Source of the DNA: Candidatus Undinarchaeales archaeon SRR5007147.bin71
GTDB taxonomy: Archaea > Undinarchaeota > Undinarchaeia > Undinarchaeales > Undinarchaeaceae
Length of the DNA: 47,776 bases
Direction: 5' to 3'
Assembly: GCA_014189675.1 (NCBI GenBank)
Contig: DVAE01000001.1
Location: 1 to 47,776, forward strand
Shown here: positions 1 to 9,055 of the stretch, piece after piece
Position numbering within the stretch: position 1 is the first letter of the stretch
Layout: the number at the start of each line of letters is the position of its first letter
Position numbers and translations under genes: made by a program
Notes under the pieces: model-generated
What the model was told of the DNA's origin: nothing
Databases searched by the model: none
What the model saw: only the letters and a program-made list of their open reading frames with translations

Positions 1-434
1 ATAGTGGGGACACCATTCTTGCTTCTGCATCCTCAGGAGAATTGAATGGCCTTGGATGGAATTATGGCTGCTCCAATCTTCCAGCAGCATATCTTACAGG
101 ACTTCTTTGTGGTACAAGGTCAAAAGGGTCTAAAGTTAAAGCTGCGGTTCTTGATATAGGATTGTATCGCCCGATAGGCGGTTCAAAGATCTACGCAGCC
201 GCAAAAGGGGCGTCCGATACAGGTCTAGTAGTTCCCTATGGTGACTCAGAAAAACTTTCAGAAGAGCGCCTGTCTGGTGGCCACATAGCTGCATACGCTG
301 AGAAATTAGAAAAAGATGACAAGAAAAAATACGAGTCCCAGTTTTCAGACTATATATCTTCAAAAACAAATCCAAAAGATATTCAAACGCAATTTGAAGC
401 TACTAAGAAAAAAATAATGGAGGGCGTAAAATGA
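1..434 (+). CDS. rpl18: 50S ribosomal protein uL18 (5'-truncated by window edge)
   Basis: Frame is open from nt 3 (SGDTILASASSGELNGLGW...). Motifs NLPAAYLTGL, AVLDIGL and G(G)HIAAYA are typical of archaeal L18. Sits upstream of S5 in the spc operon. Confidence 0.95.
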   Translation, partial: SGDTILASASSGELNGLGWNYGCSNLPAAYLTGLLCGTRSKGSKVKAAVLDIGLYRPIGGSKIYAAAKGASDTGLVVPYGDSEKLSEERLSGGHIAAYAEKLEKDDKKKYESQFSDYISSKTNPKDIQTQFEATKKKIMEGVK

Positions 435-1255
435 GCGAAGAAGAAAAACCAGCAGAAAAGAAAGTAGAGCTTAAAACTGAGAAAAAATCTGAAGAGAAGA
501 AAGCTGCTGTAAAAGAGAAAAAAGCTCCTGCTAAAAAAGAGTCTACTCCTCCCTTGACAGAGGAAAAATCAAAGACTAAAAGTCAGACAAGCGGAAACAA
601 GCGCTCAAAATTCGGAAGGCCTTCAACTATAGACCTGGAAAATTGGAATCCAAAAACTGATCTTGGACGGGAAGTCCTTGATGGAAACTACGAATCACTT
701 GATTCCATCTGGGATAATAGTAAGGTTATCCGGGAGCCGGAAATTGTGGACTTTCTACTTCCTGGTCTTGAGGAAAGGATATTGAAGATTGGAAAAGGGC
801 AAAGACCCTTTAAATGGGTTCAGAGAATGACTGACTCTGGCAGAAGAAGCAAGTATTTCGTGGCAGCAGCCGTTGGAGATAAAAATGGATATGTTGGTTT
901 TGGAATAGGTAGGGCAAAAGAGTTTGGAGGCGCAATATCTCAGGCTATGCGAAGAGCAAGGCTTAACTTAACTAAAGTTGAGTTTGGAAGCGGTTCTTGG
1001 GATGAGGCTTCCTCAGAAGGCAGGCATTCTATTCCTTACAAGGTTACTGGGAAGTGCAGTAGTGTGAGTTTGGATTTACTTCCTGCTCCAAAAGGAACAG
1101 GGCTGGTTGCTAACAAGATATCAAGTGACTTAATTTCTCTTGCAGGTATCTCAGACCTATGGACCAAGTCAAGAGGACATACTAAAACAAGAGTTAATAT
1201 GGCTATGGCAACATTCAATGCCTTAAAAAAGCTAAGTAAGGATAACAATGACTGA
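431..1255 (+). CDS. rps5: 30S ribosomal protein uS5 with a long Lys/Glu-rich N-terminal extension
   Basis: WNPKTDLGR, QRMTDSGRR, GDKNGYVGFG and PAPKGTGLVA motifs; operon context. Confidence 0.96.
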   Translation: MSEEEKPAEKKVELKTEKKSEEKKAAVKEKKAPAKKESTPPLTEEKSKTKSQTSGNKRSKFGRPSTIDLENWNPKTDLGREVLDGNYESLDSIWDNSKVIREPEIVDFLLPGLEERILKIGKGQRPFKWVQRMTDSGRRSKYFVAAAVGDKNGYVGFGIGRAKEFGGAISQAMRRARLNLTKVEFGSGSWDEASSEGRHSIPYKVTGKCSSVSLDLLPAPKGTGLVANKISSDLISLAGISDLWTKSRGHTKTRVNMAMATFNALKKLSKDNND

Positions 1256-1637
1256 AGAACACAAAAGCAAAAAAGCTAAAGAGAAAAAAGGGAAGATTTG
1301 TGCAATTCTTCTTAGAGGGAGTGTTGGAGCAGGTCCTAAAATAAAGGAAACTCTTAAAACACTCAATCTAAATTCAGTCAATAATTGTGTTCTTTTGGAG
1401 GATACACCTTCTACGAAAGGTGCACTGAGGGTTTTACAGGGTTATACTACTTGGGGGGAAGCTGATGCATCTCTTGAAAAAGACATTCAAGCAGCTGGTA
1501 GGGAGAAAGTTCCCTACGGACTCCATCCTCCTCGAGGCGGTTTTGAAAGAAAAGGCAAGAGGAACTTGTTCACTAGCGGTGGATCTCTAGGTTACAGAGG
1601 ATCTGCTATAAATTCACTTGTCAGGAGGATGCTATGA
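1248..1637 (+). CDS. rpl30: 50S ribosomal protein uL30 (short archaeal form)
   Basis: ETLKTLNL, TWGE, LHPPRGGF and LGYRG..IN.L..RM motifs; lies between S5 and L15. Confidence 0.93.
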   Translation: MTEEHKSKKAKEKKGKICAILLRGSVGAGPKIKETLKTLNLNSVNNCVLLEDTPSTKGALRVLQGYTTWGEADASLEKDIQAAGREKVPYGLHPPRGGFERKGKRNLFTSGGSLGYRGSAINSLVRRML

Positions 1638-2089
1638 GTACCACAAATAAAAAAATACGAAAGTACCGTGGAAGGAAAACAGGAGGCGGCGCCAAGAAAA
1701 AAAGAAGAGGGGCAGGAAACCGTGGAGGTCGCGGAAACGCAGGTCGCTGGGATCACAAGAAGATGATTGCTCTTACAAGGGACTTGAAGAACAAAAAACT
1801 CAAGTCAATCAAAACAAAAATACCTGTTATTAATCTCAGTCAGCTTAATTCCATTGTAATAAAAGATGATTTAAAGGAGATAGATCTAAGCGGATACAAG
1901 GTCCTTGGCAAAGGAAGCTTGACAAAGGCTATATCAATAAAGGCCTCAAGCTTTTCAAAGTCAGCGGCTGAAAAAATAAAGGAAATCGGGGGAAATGCGG
2001 AAGGATCTGTGTCCGGTGAAGAGAGGACATCTGAGCCTGATGCTATAACAGAGGATGTCATTTCAGAAAATACTTCAGAATCTTCCTAG
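1634..2089 (+). CDS. rpl15: 50S ribosomal protein uL15
   Basis: RKYRG, RGAGNRGGRGNAG, KVLGKG and S.SA.EKI..IGG motifs. Confidence 0.95.
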   Translation: MSTTNKKIRKYRGRKTGGGAKKKRRGAGNRGGRGNAGRWDHKKMIALTRDLKNKKLKSIKTKIPVINLSQLNSIVIKDDLKEIDLSGYKVLGKGSLTKAISIKASSFSKSAAEKIKEIGGNAEGSVSGEERTSEPDAITEDVISENTSESS

Positions 2090-3467
2090 TGTAGCAAAAC
2101 CGTCAAAGACGCTTAGCTTCAAACAGAAGCTTAAATGGACGGCTCTACCTCTTATTGCGTTTTTCATTCTTGGTGAGGTAGCACTTTTCGGCCTTGAACC
2201 TGGAGCTGCAGGCGGAGATATTTTTGGAAGCCTTAGAGCAATTCTTGCCACAAGCTTTGGAACAGTTCTTACATTAGGTATTGGTCCTCTAGTTATGGGA
2301 AGCATTATTCTTCAGCTTCTTAACGGAGCTGGTGTGTTCAAGTTTGACATGAGCACACCTGAAGGTAAGGCTACTTACCAAGGTGCTCAAAAGATACTTG
2401 CACTTGCATTTACTCTTTTTGAGGCGGCTGTTCTGGTTATTTCAGGTCAGATTGCTTCATCGGCTCTCCTGGCGGCATCAAAGGGATTATTCTTTGCTAA
2501 TTCAATTGTAATTGCGCAGATAGTCCTAGGGGGTATCATAATCATATATCTTGACGAAGTTGTCTCAAAATGGGGCTTCAGCTCTGGTATAAGTTTGTTC
2601 ATAGCTGGTGGAGTTTCTCTTGAAATAATTACAAGGTCACTTGATCCATTCAGGCTTGGACCAGGCCAGCCTATTAATGGGGCGATTCCTGCATTTATAT
2701 CCTCTTTAGTGGAGGGTTCTATACAATTTATTCGTGTCCATCCAAATGATATGCTCGCTCTTTTTGCAACTATAATTGTTTTTGTGGTTACAATGTATGC
2801 ACAGACTATGAAGGTTGAGATTCCAATATCTTATGGAAGAATTCGCGGTTTTGCCAGGCGTTATCCACTTCCTCTTGTATATGCCTCAAATATGCCTGTC
2901 ATCTTTATAGCTGCCCTCATTGCAAACTTGAATTTCTGGGTTGCTATGTTGAATAAAGCAGGAATAAACTTACTCGGATATTTTGATCCTGCAGGTGGGG
3001 CGCATGGATTCATTTTCTATATTAGTCCATACACTTCCTTTGCAAAAGATTTGATACAAACAAACGTTGGAGCTCTTGACCTTCTGCACGCTTTCACATA
3101 TTTCACTGTGGTAGTTCTAGGTTCTATCATGTTTTCAAAACTTTGGGTTGGTATTTCCGGCACAAATTCAAAAGCCCTTGCAGAAAAGCTTGTGAACTCC
3201 GGAATGCAAATTCCTGGTTTCCGAACTGATACAAGAGTAATAGAAAAAGTTCTGGATCGCTACATTCCTTCGTTGACAGTTCTCGGTGGAGCCTTTGTCG
3301 GTGCTCTTGCTGCTATTGCCGAATTTAGCGGGGCTCTAGGAGGGGGAACAGGAGTTCTTCTTACAGTAGGTATAATATATCAGCTCTATCAAGAAATAGC
3401 ATCTGAACAGCTAATGGAAATGCATCCTGCTATAAGGGGTTTCCTTGGTGAAGGAGGTTTAATATGA
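2055..3467 (+). CDS. secY: Preprotein translocase subunit SecY
   Basis: LGIGP, LDEVVSKWG.SSGISLFI, YASNMP and MQIPGFR motifs; about 10 TM segments. Confidence 0.97.
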   Translation: MSFQKILQNLPSVAKPSKTLSFKQKLKWTALPLIAFFILGEVALFGLEPGAAGGDIFGSLRAILATSFGTVLTLGIGPLVMGSIILQLLNGAGVFKFDMSTPEGKATYQGAQKILALAFTLFEAAVLVISGQIASSALLAASKGLFFANSIVIAQIVLGGIIIIYLDEVVSKWGFSSGISLFIAGGVSLEIITRSLDPFRLGPGQPINGAIPAFISSLVEGSIQFIRVHPNDMLALFATIIVFVVTMYAQTMKVEIPISYGRIRGFARRYPLPLVYASNMPVIFIAALIANLNFWVAMLNKAGINLLGYFDPAGGAHGFIFYISPYTSFAKDLIQTNVGALDLLHAFTYFTVVVLGSIMFSKLWVGISGTNSKALAEKLVNSGMQIPGFRTDTRVIEKVLDRYIPSLTVLGGAFVGALAAIAEFSGALGGGTGVLLTVGIIYQLYQEIASEQLMEMHPAIRGFLGEGGLI

Positions 3468-4033
3468 CAGACAAAATAATCGCAATTACTGGTGTTCCCG
3501 GTTCCGGTAAGACAACAGTTCTCAAGAAAGCTATCAGCAAGGCTCCTAATGTATCTGTTGTAAATTTTGCAGAAGTGATGCTCAGTGTTGGAACTGAACT
3601 TGGTCTTGGCTCGGATCATGATGCAATAAGGACTCAGCCTCTTGATGTTCAGAGAGATCTCCAGAAGAAGGCCGCAGAAAAAATAGCAAAAGAATCTAAA
3701 GGTGTTACTATAGTTGATACTCATGCAACAATAAAGACCAGCTCTGGTTATCTGCCTGGTCTCCCTCAGTGGGTTCTTGATGCACTTAATCCATCAACAA
3801 TAGTTATTGTTGAATCACCTCCTAAAGACATAAATTTCAGAAGGAAAATGGATAAGTCAAGGAATCGTGATGACGAAGGGGAGGCAGGAATAGAATTACA
3901 TCAAAGCTTAAACCGAGCAATATCTCTTGCCTACGCTGCTTCATCAGGTGCCACTGTCAAGATAATCGCAAATGAGCAGAACAAGCTTGAAGAGGCTTCA
4001 AAAGATCTTCTGGACTTGTTTGGGGGAGTATAA
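3464..4033 (+). CDS. adkA: Archaeal-type adenylate kinase
   Basis: P-loop GVPGSGKTT and VDTHATIKT..GYLPGLP; follows secY. Confidence 0.95.
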   Translation: MTDKIIAITGVPGSGKTTVLKKAISKAPNVSVVNFAEVMLSVGTELGLGSDHDAIRTQPLDVQRDLQKKAAEKIAKESKGVTIVDTHATIKTSSGYLPGLPQWVLDALNPSTIVIVESPPKDINFRRKMDKSRNRDDEGEAGIELHQSLNRAISLAYAASSGATVKIIANEQNKLEEASKDLLDLFGGV

Positions 4034-4489
4034 GTGAGCATTCTTGCAAGTCCTATGTATTTCATCATGGTGGTTTCTGCAGTCCTTACTTTGATTCTTT
4101 CCCTTGTAAATAAAGTTTTTACGGATCCTGATAGAATGAAAGAAATTCAGGCTACAATGAAGTCATATAATAAGGAATTAATGGCAGCCACTCGGGCTAA
4201 GGATAATGAAAAGCTTGAAAAGCTTCAGAAGGACAAGCCGAAAATTTCTCAAATGCAGCAGGAAATGATGAAAATGCAAAAACCCATTTTTTTGTCAATG
4301 ATTCCTTTCTTGGTGGTGTTCTATTTTCTCGGAAAGCTAGCTACGGGCCAGGGGTGGGGTGAATTCATACAACTTCCTTTCACAATAAGTCTTTTTAGCG
4401 TAGGTAATGACCTAACTTGGATTGGCTGGTATATGTGGTGTTCTCTTCCCTTTACAATGCTTTTCAGGAAGGCTCTAGGAATAAGCTAA
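4034..4489 (+). CDS. DUF106 / EMC3-TMCO1 (Oxa1 superfamily) membrane protein
   Basis: TM, coiled coil (QQEMMKMQ), TM architecture with a W..WY C-terminal motif; conserved position after adk; GTG start. Confidence 0.88.
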   Translation: MSILASPMYFIMVVSAVLTLILSLVNKVFTDPDRMKEIQATMKSYNKELMAATRAKDNEKLEKLQKDKPKISQMQQEMMKMQKPIFLSMIPFLVVFYFLGKLATGQGWGEFIQLPFTISLFSVGNDLTWIGWYMWCSLPFTMLFRKALGIS

Positions 4490-4490
4490 A

Positions 4491-5045
4491 ATGGTAGTAA
4501 TTATTGTAGGAGGTCCCCCTGGGGCAGGAACAACCACAGTCGCAAAAGCCTTGGCAGAGCATTTTGGCCTCTCTTATGTTTCTACAGGGGATATTTTCAG
4601 GCATATTGCAAAAGAGCGTGGTATAAGTCTTAATGAGCTTAATAAGACTGCAGAGAAGGAGGTTGACGAACTTGTTGACAAAGGAAGCAAAGAGGCAGGT
4701 CTTGCTGGAGATGTTGTAATTGATGGTGATATAGCAGCGTGGATGAATCCGGACGCAGATTTTAAACTTTATTTTTCCGCATCTCCCTTGACGCGGGCAA
4801 ATAGGATTTTTGAAGATTCAAACCCAAGAATTACTGAGGAACGTCAGACTCTGGAGGAAGTTAAACGAAATATTGAGCAACGACTTGGAGATGACAAGCG
4901 CCGATATATGGAATATTATGGAATAGATCTTGATAATCTCTCAATATATGACTTAGTTATTGATACTGAAGCTCTTTCGGTCGAAGACGTTATAAAGCGG
5001 GCAATAGAGTATATAGAGCGGGAAGGACTTGGTAAAGATGATTAA
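4491..5045 (+). CDS. cmk: Archaeal cytidylate kinase
   Basis: GPPGAGTTT P-loop, STGDIFR and RY..YYGID...SIYDLVIDT. Confidence 0.93.
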   Translation: MVVIIVGGPPGAGTTTVAKALAEHFGLSYVSTGDIFRHIAKERGISLNELNKTAEKEVDELVDKGSKEAGLAGDVVIDGDIAAWMNPDADFKLYFSASPLTRANRIFEDSNPRITEERQTLEEVKRNIEQRLGDDKRRYMEYYGIDLDNLSIYDLVIDTEALSVEDVIKRAIEYIEREGLGKDD

Positions 5046-5397
5046 GGTAGGAACAGTATGCACGAAGACTGCCGGAAGAGAAAACGGTAATATTTGCATT
5101 ATTCTGGAAAATATTGACGATATTTTTGTTATTGTTGCAGGACCAAGTGTACGGAAAAAAAGGTGCAATGTGAAACACCTTTCTCAACTTCCAAGAGAGC
5201 TTGTCGTTTCAAAAGGGGCTTCTCAGGCGGATGCTTCTAAACTTCTTGCAGATGCAGGTCTTGTGGAAGAGTCTGAAGTGTCGGCTCCTAAAAAGAAGGC
5301 AGACGCAAAAACACCCGCTAAACCTGTAAAAAAATCGGAGAAGAAAAAGGATTCTAAAAAAGCGCTAAGCAAAAAGACTCTTCCCGCGAAAAAATAG
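5038..5397 (+). CDS. rpl14e: 50S ribosomal protein eL14 with a Lys-rich C-terminal tail
   Basis: VG.VC.KTAGRE.G and V.KKRCNVKHL motifs; ATG at 5038. Confidence 0.92.
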   Translation: MIKVGTVCTKTAGRENGNICIILENIDDIFVIVAGPSVRKKRCNVKHLSQLPRELVVSKGASQADASKLLADAGLVEESEVSAPKKKADAKTPAKPVKKSEKKKDSKKALSKKTLPAKK

Positions 5398-5403
5398 GTA
5401 GTT

Positions 5404-6384
5404 ATGAATCCTGGAAAGTTGCCCTTTGAAAAGGAGAGAGAATTATTAATTCGTCGTGAGGAGGAAACTAATCCGGATTTTGGATGTCTTCCAAACGAAA
5501 GAAGTATTGAAGACCTTCTTAAAGGCTGCATAATAAATATTGATAAGCCGGCAGGTCCTACTTCTGCGCAGGTTAGTGATTTTGTCAAGGATATCCTGGG
5601 AATACGGAAATGCGGGCACTCAGGAACTCTTGATCCTGGAGTTACTGGTGTTTTCCCAGTTGGTGTTGGAAGCGGAACTAAGGCACTCCATTCTCTTCTT
5701 ATAGCTGGGAAGGAATACCTTACTCTTATGCGTTTGCACGAAGAACTTTCTGAAAGGAAGATCAAAAAAGTTCTTAAAAAATTCACCACAAAAATATACC
5801 AGACTCCTCCAATAAAATCAAATGTCAAAAGAGTTCTCAGAGTAAGAGAAGTGTATTATACTAAACTTATTGAGTCAGAGGGAAAGGATGCACTTTTTAC
5901 TGTTGGCTCTGAAGCTGGAACTTATATCCGTAGACTTTGCCACGACATTGGAGAAGTAACTGGCTCAGGTGCTCATATGCAGCAGCTCAGGAGAACTCGT
6001 GTGGCAAACTTTAATGAAGATACGCTTTTTACATTGCAGCAACTCAAGGATGCCTTTGTTTTCTGGAAAGAAGGGGATGAAGGTGGGCTTAGAAAAGCAT
6101 TACTTCCTATGGAATCTGCATTATCACATCTTCCAAAAGTTACAATAAGTGATTCTGCAGTTCCCTCAGTAACAACTGGGGCGCAGCTGGCTGTTCCTGG
6201 TATACTTAGTGTAGAGTCAGGGATATCTCCTGGAGATTTAATTGCAGTTTTAACCCAAAAAGGTGAGGGAGTTCTCTATGGTTCAGCTCTTGTTTCTTCT
6301 GAAGATATGATTTCAATGAAGAAGGGGCTTGCAGTCAAAACAGAAAGAGTTCTTATGAATCCATCAATATATTCGCCAAAATGA
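5404..6384 (+). CDS. cbf5: H/ACA pseudouridine synthase Cbf5 (TruB family, PUA domain)
   Basis: DKPAGPTS, GHSGTLDP (catalytic Asp) and EAGTYIR; C-terminal PUA domain. Confidence 0.96.
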   Translation: MNPGKLPFEKERELLIRREEETNPDFGCLPNERSIEDLLKGCIINIDKPAGPTSAQVSDFVKDILGIRKCGHSGTLDPGVTGVFPVGVGSGTKALHSLLIAGKEYLTLMRLHEELSERKIKKVLKKFTTKIYQTPPIKSNVKRVLRVREVYYTKLIESEGKDALFTVGSEAGTYIRRLCHDIGEVTGSGAHMQQLRRTRVANFNEDTLFTLQQLKDAFVFWKEGDEGGLRKALLPMESALSHLPKVTISDSAVPSVTTGAQLAVPGILSVESGISPGDLIAVLTQKGEGVLYGSALVSSEDMISMKKGLAVKTERVLMNPSIYSPK

Positions 6385-7061
6385 GCACTGAAAAACAGCA
6401 GGAGCATTATTATAAGGAAAAGACAAAGATTCCTCTTCAGCTCGGAGAAGTTTCGGCTTTAATCAAGGGCAGGGAACTAAAGTTATTTTCTTCGTCTCCT
6501 GTATTTTCCTGGAGGCAAATTGACAAAGGCAGTCTTATTATGGCTGAGAATATGCTTATTCCGGAAGGGCAGGGAAAGCTCCTGGATATGGGTTGTGGTT
6601 ATGGAGTTCTCGGTATTTTTGCAGCTCTTCAGAATCCTCTACTCGAGGTGCAGATGGTAGATTCAAGCGAGCGTGCCGTTTATCTGTCCAAGAAAAACAT
6701 TCGTAAATATGGTCTTGGTTCTCGCGTCACAGTTGTTCAGGGAGATTTGTTTGAAAAGATTGAGGATAAAGATTTTGATACTATTGTCTCAAATCCGCCA
6801 TATTCTGCTGGGAAGGATGTGGTTGAACTCTTGATTGCGGATTCTCCAGCTTATTTGGCTGAAGGGGGTACGCTTCAAATTGTCGGCCGGCATTCAAAAG
6901 GCGGAAAAATGTATCGTGACCACATTAAAGAGGCATTTACTTATGAGTTTGAGTTTGGAAAACAGAGCGGATTTCGTATATATCTCGGGAGTAAAAAAGA
7001 TATACCTGAACTAAGAGAGGATAAAGAGTCTATACTGGAGTCTTATTCCAAGGAGGAATAA
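6381..7061 (+). CDS. Class I SAM-dependent methyltransferase (MTS/RsmC-like)
   Basis: VFS..IDKGS, LDMGCGYG and SNPPY motifs. Confidence 0.88.
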   Translation: MSTEKQQEHYYKEKTKIPLQLGEVSALIKGRELKLFSSSPVFSWRQIDKGSLIMAENMLIPEGQGKLLDMGCGYGVLGIFAALQNPLLEVQMVDSSERAVYLSKKNIRKYGLGSRVTVVQGDLFEKIEDKDFDTIVSNPPYSAGKDVVELLIADSPAYLAEGGTLQIVGRHSKGGKMYRDHIKEAFTYEFEFGKQSGFRIYLGSKKDIPELREDKESILESYSKEE

Positions 7062-7083
7062 AGTCTGCCACTGTATCTACACT

Positions 7084-7167
7084 GCCGAGATCGCATAATC
7101 TGGTATTGCGCTACCCTGGAAAGGTAGTTTCCTTCGGGATGTGTGAGTTCAAATCTCACTCTCGGCG
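7084..7167 (+). tRNA. tRNA-Ser(GGA)
   Basis: Acceptor GCCGAGA/TCTCGGC, anticodon arm CTACC-CTGGAAA-GGTAG, long variable arm, T arm GTGAG-TTCAAAT-CTCAC, discriminator G; CCA not encoded. Confidence 0.96.
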
Positions 7168-7229
7168 TATCCTTAATCCTAAATTTTTCTGAAAATAAAT
7201 AAATACTCTTAACTAATTAGTATAAAATA

Positions 7230-7628
7230 ATGAAATTACTGCATCACGCTCTTGCCGGTCTCGTTTTAGGTTGGGCATTCGGCTACGATCTCTGGTTGAG
7301 CATGCTGTTTTCTATAGGTCCTGATATTCCCCAGGCTCTGATTCTTTACCCCTTACTGGCCTACAAACACAAAAGAATAATTCTTCCTCTTGATGGTGAC
7401 TGGAAAAACTTCAGTAAAAGTGCCTGGAGTCATCTATACTTCGCCCCTCATAGTCTGCTTTTTGTAGCTATTCTCAGCTTTTCTGATTTCTCAGCATTCT
7501 TTATTGGACTCTATTCTCTCCATATACTAGTAGATATTCCAACGCATACTGGTGAATGGTCTATTCGCTTACTGTGGCCTGCTTCCTGGAAACTTGAGGG
7601 CTTTTTTGACGCCTGGAAACGCTCTTGA
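7230..7628 (+). CDS. Small membrane-bound metal-dependent hydrolase-like protein (YdjM/DUF457-like)
   Basis: H...PD...HSL...HILVDIPTH...LLWP motif pattern in a hydrophobic protein. Confidence 0.7.
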   Translation: MKLLHHALAGLVLGWAFGYDLWLSMLFSIGPDIPQALILYPLLAYKHKRIILPLDGDWKNFSKSAWSHLYFAPHSLLFVAILSFSDFSAFFIGLYSLHILVDIPTHTGEWSIRLLWPASWKLEGFFDAWKRS

Positions 7629-7632
7629 TGTA

Positions 7633-8193
7633 TTATTTCTTATTTTTCTCAACAAGTTCTTTTATTCTATCAAGAACTGCTTGCTCTGGCTTTTCAATCT
7701 GATCTCCAAAATTCCAGTACTTTCCGCCACGATAAATAAGAGGCTCTTTTTCTCTTGATATTATTTCGACAACTTCTCCGACCATCATAGTGTGGTCTCC
7801 TAACTCTACCTCTTGCATAAGTTTGCACTCTGCTTGCATTACGGCATCTTCCAGCATAAGTAGATCTATTTTACTTGCATTATAAAACTTGACTCCAAGT
7901 TCCTTTAGTACAGCTATTTTGTCTACTTCTTTACCTGTACTTCCTCCAGATATGCTTGAAAGCACATTTTGGTCAAAGGCTGCCAGATGCACTCCAAATT
8001 CCCGTGTTTCTCTAATATTTTCGAGTGTCGCTTTGTTAGGTCCTATACAGACTGCCATAAGGCTTGGTGCATAAGAAACATGGTGTGTCCATTCTGCCGC
8101 CATTATATTGTTTCCATGTGCTCCCTTGCTAGTTATGAGTCCCACATTCGTTACAAATTTTCTTGTTCGTTCGTCGTCCCACTTAAGATCCAT
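7633..8193 (-). CDS. Flavin reductase-like FMN-binding protein
   Basis: TNVGLITS, NIMAAEW...VSYAP, TLENI..TREF and GDHTM.VGEV motifs; ATG (MDLKW) chosen at 8193. Confidence 0.88.
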   Translation of the reverse strand: MDLKWDDERTRKFVTNVGLITSKGAHGNNIMAAEWTHHVSYAPSLMAVCIGPNKATLENIRETREFGVHLAAFDQNVLSSISGGSTGKEVDKIAVLKELGVKFYNASKIDLLMLEDAVMQAECKLMQEVELGDHTMMVGEVVEIISREKEPLIYRGGKYWNFGDQIEKPEQAVLDRIKELVEKNKK

Positions 8194-8286
8194 AATTTTC
8201 CTTAAGCTTCGGTATTTATATACTGCGTGCATATAGCAAATAGGTGGCATTGGCTAAATAGGTCTAAAATATTCCACAGCTTCGTA

Positions 8287-8811
8287 ATGAGGCACCAATG
8301 GGTGCCCTTTTACTTTATTCCACATTCACGCAATTTTTCATCCAAGCGTGGCTTTGCTGAATCAAATCTTCGAAGGCGTCTTGAAAAACAGGGATGGTCT
8401 GTCTGGAAAGGCCTCCTGATTGGTGCCGTACGAATGCAAGATGATTATTCAACTGCCACAGAAAAGTATGAATTACTTTCTAAATTTTTAGAAAAACACA
8501 GTGCTGAGCTTCTGGAAAAACTCCAATATTACTGCTCTGTTCATTTTGGATTTCCTGATTTTATTTGCTACAAGAATGGTGAGTGGAAGTTTGTTGAATG
8601 CAAGCTAGGCTATGAGCCTCTCAGTGAAACACAGAAAAAATGTATAATGGAGCTTCAAGTTCTCGGCTTTAATGTTGAGGTTCATAAACTAGTTAGCAGT
8701 CATACGGGAACTCGGTCTGCAATGGTAAATTTGAAGGGCTCTGGGAAAATAGTAACCAGGAAACAACTTACTCTTAATAACAGGCTCTTCAGAAAGTGCC
8801 AAAACATATAA
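8287..8811 (+). CDS. Stand-alone VRR-NUC domain (PD-(D/E)XK) nuclease
   Basis: GFPDF...KFVECK...LSETQ...L..LGF.VEV is the VRR-NUC signature; ATG at 8287. Confidence 0.8.
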   Translation: MRHQWVPFYFIPHSRNFSSKRGFAESNLRRRLEKQGWSVWKGLLIGAVRMQDDYSTATEKYELLSKFLEKHSAELLEKLQYYCSVHFGFPDFICYKNGEWKFVECKLGYEPLSETQKKCIMELQVLGFNVEVHKLVSSHTGTRSAMVNLKGSGKIVTRKQLTLNNRLFRKCQNI

Positions 8812-8839
8812 ACAGTTCTTATCTAATTCTAGCTATCTT

Positions 8840-9001
8840 ATGTTGAAAGAAATCAGAGACAAATTGCAGAGACTTAACAAAACAAAGACCTGTCCTGTGT
8901 GTAATTCGGGTGATATTACATACGGTTCTAAAGGTAAACCGCATTTATGCAATGATTGTGGTGTAGATATTCAGGATAATATTTCTTCTAAAACAAGGTG
9001 A
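8840..9001 (+). CDS. 53-aa zinc-ribbon microprotein (CPVC...CNDC), not in the ORF track
   Basis: Translates to MLKEIRDKLQRLNKTKTCPVCNSGDITYGSKGKPHLCNDCGVDIQDNISSKTR; TATA-like CATATAAA lies about 30 nt upstream. Confidence 0.72.
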   Translation: MLKEIRDKLQRLNKTKTCPVCNSGDITYGSKGKPHLCNDCGVDIQDNISSKTR

Positions 9002-9010
9002 TTTTTGGGG

Positions 9011-9036
9011 TTTTCTATATAGAAAAAGTATATAAA
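9011..9036 (+). promoter_or_regulatory. Perfect 16-bp palindrome followed by a BRE/TATA box for the downstream RNA
   Basis: TTTTCTATATAGAAAA (9011-9026) is self-complementary. A purine-rich stretch is followed by TATATAAA at 9029-9036, which starts 27 nt before 9056. Confidence 0.65.
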
Positions 9037-9055
9037 CTCATATACATTAAAGATT

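Noticed and set aside
5223..5828. 201-aa antisense ORF and the many other 60-190 aa shadow ORFs in the track
   Set aside because: They lie antisense or out of frame within well-supported conserved genes and show no recognisable motifs.
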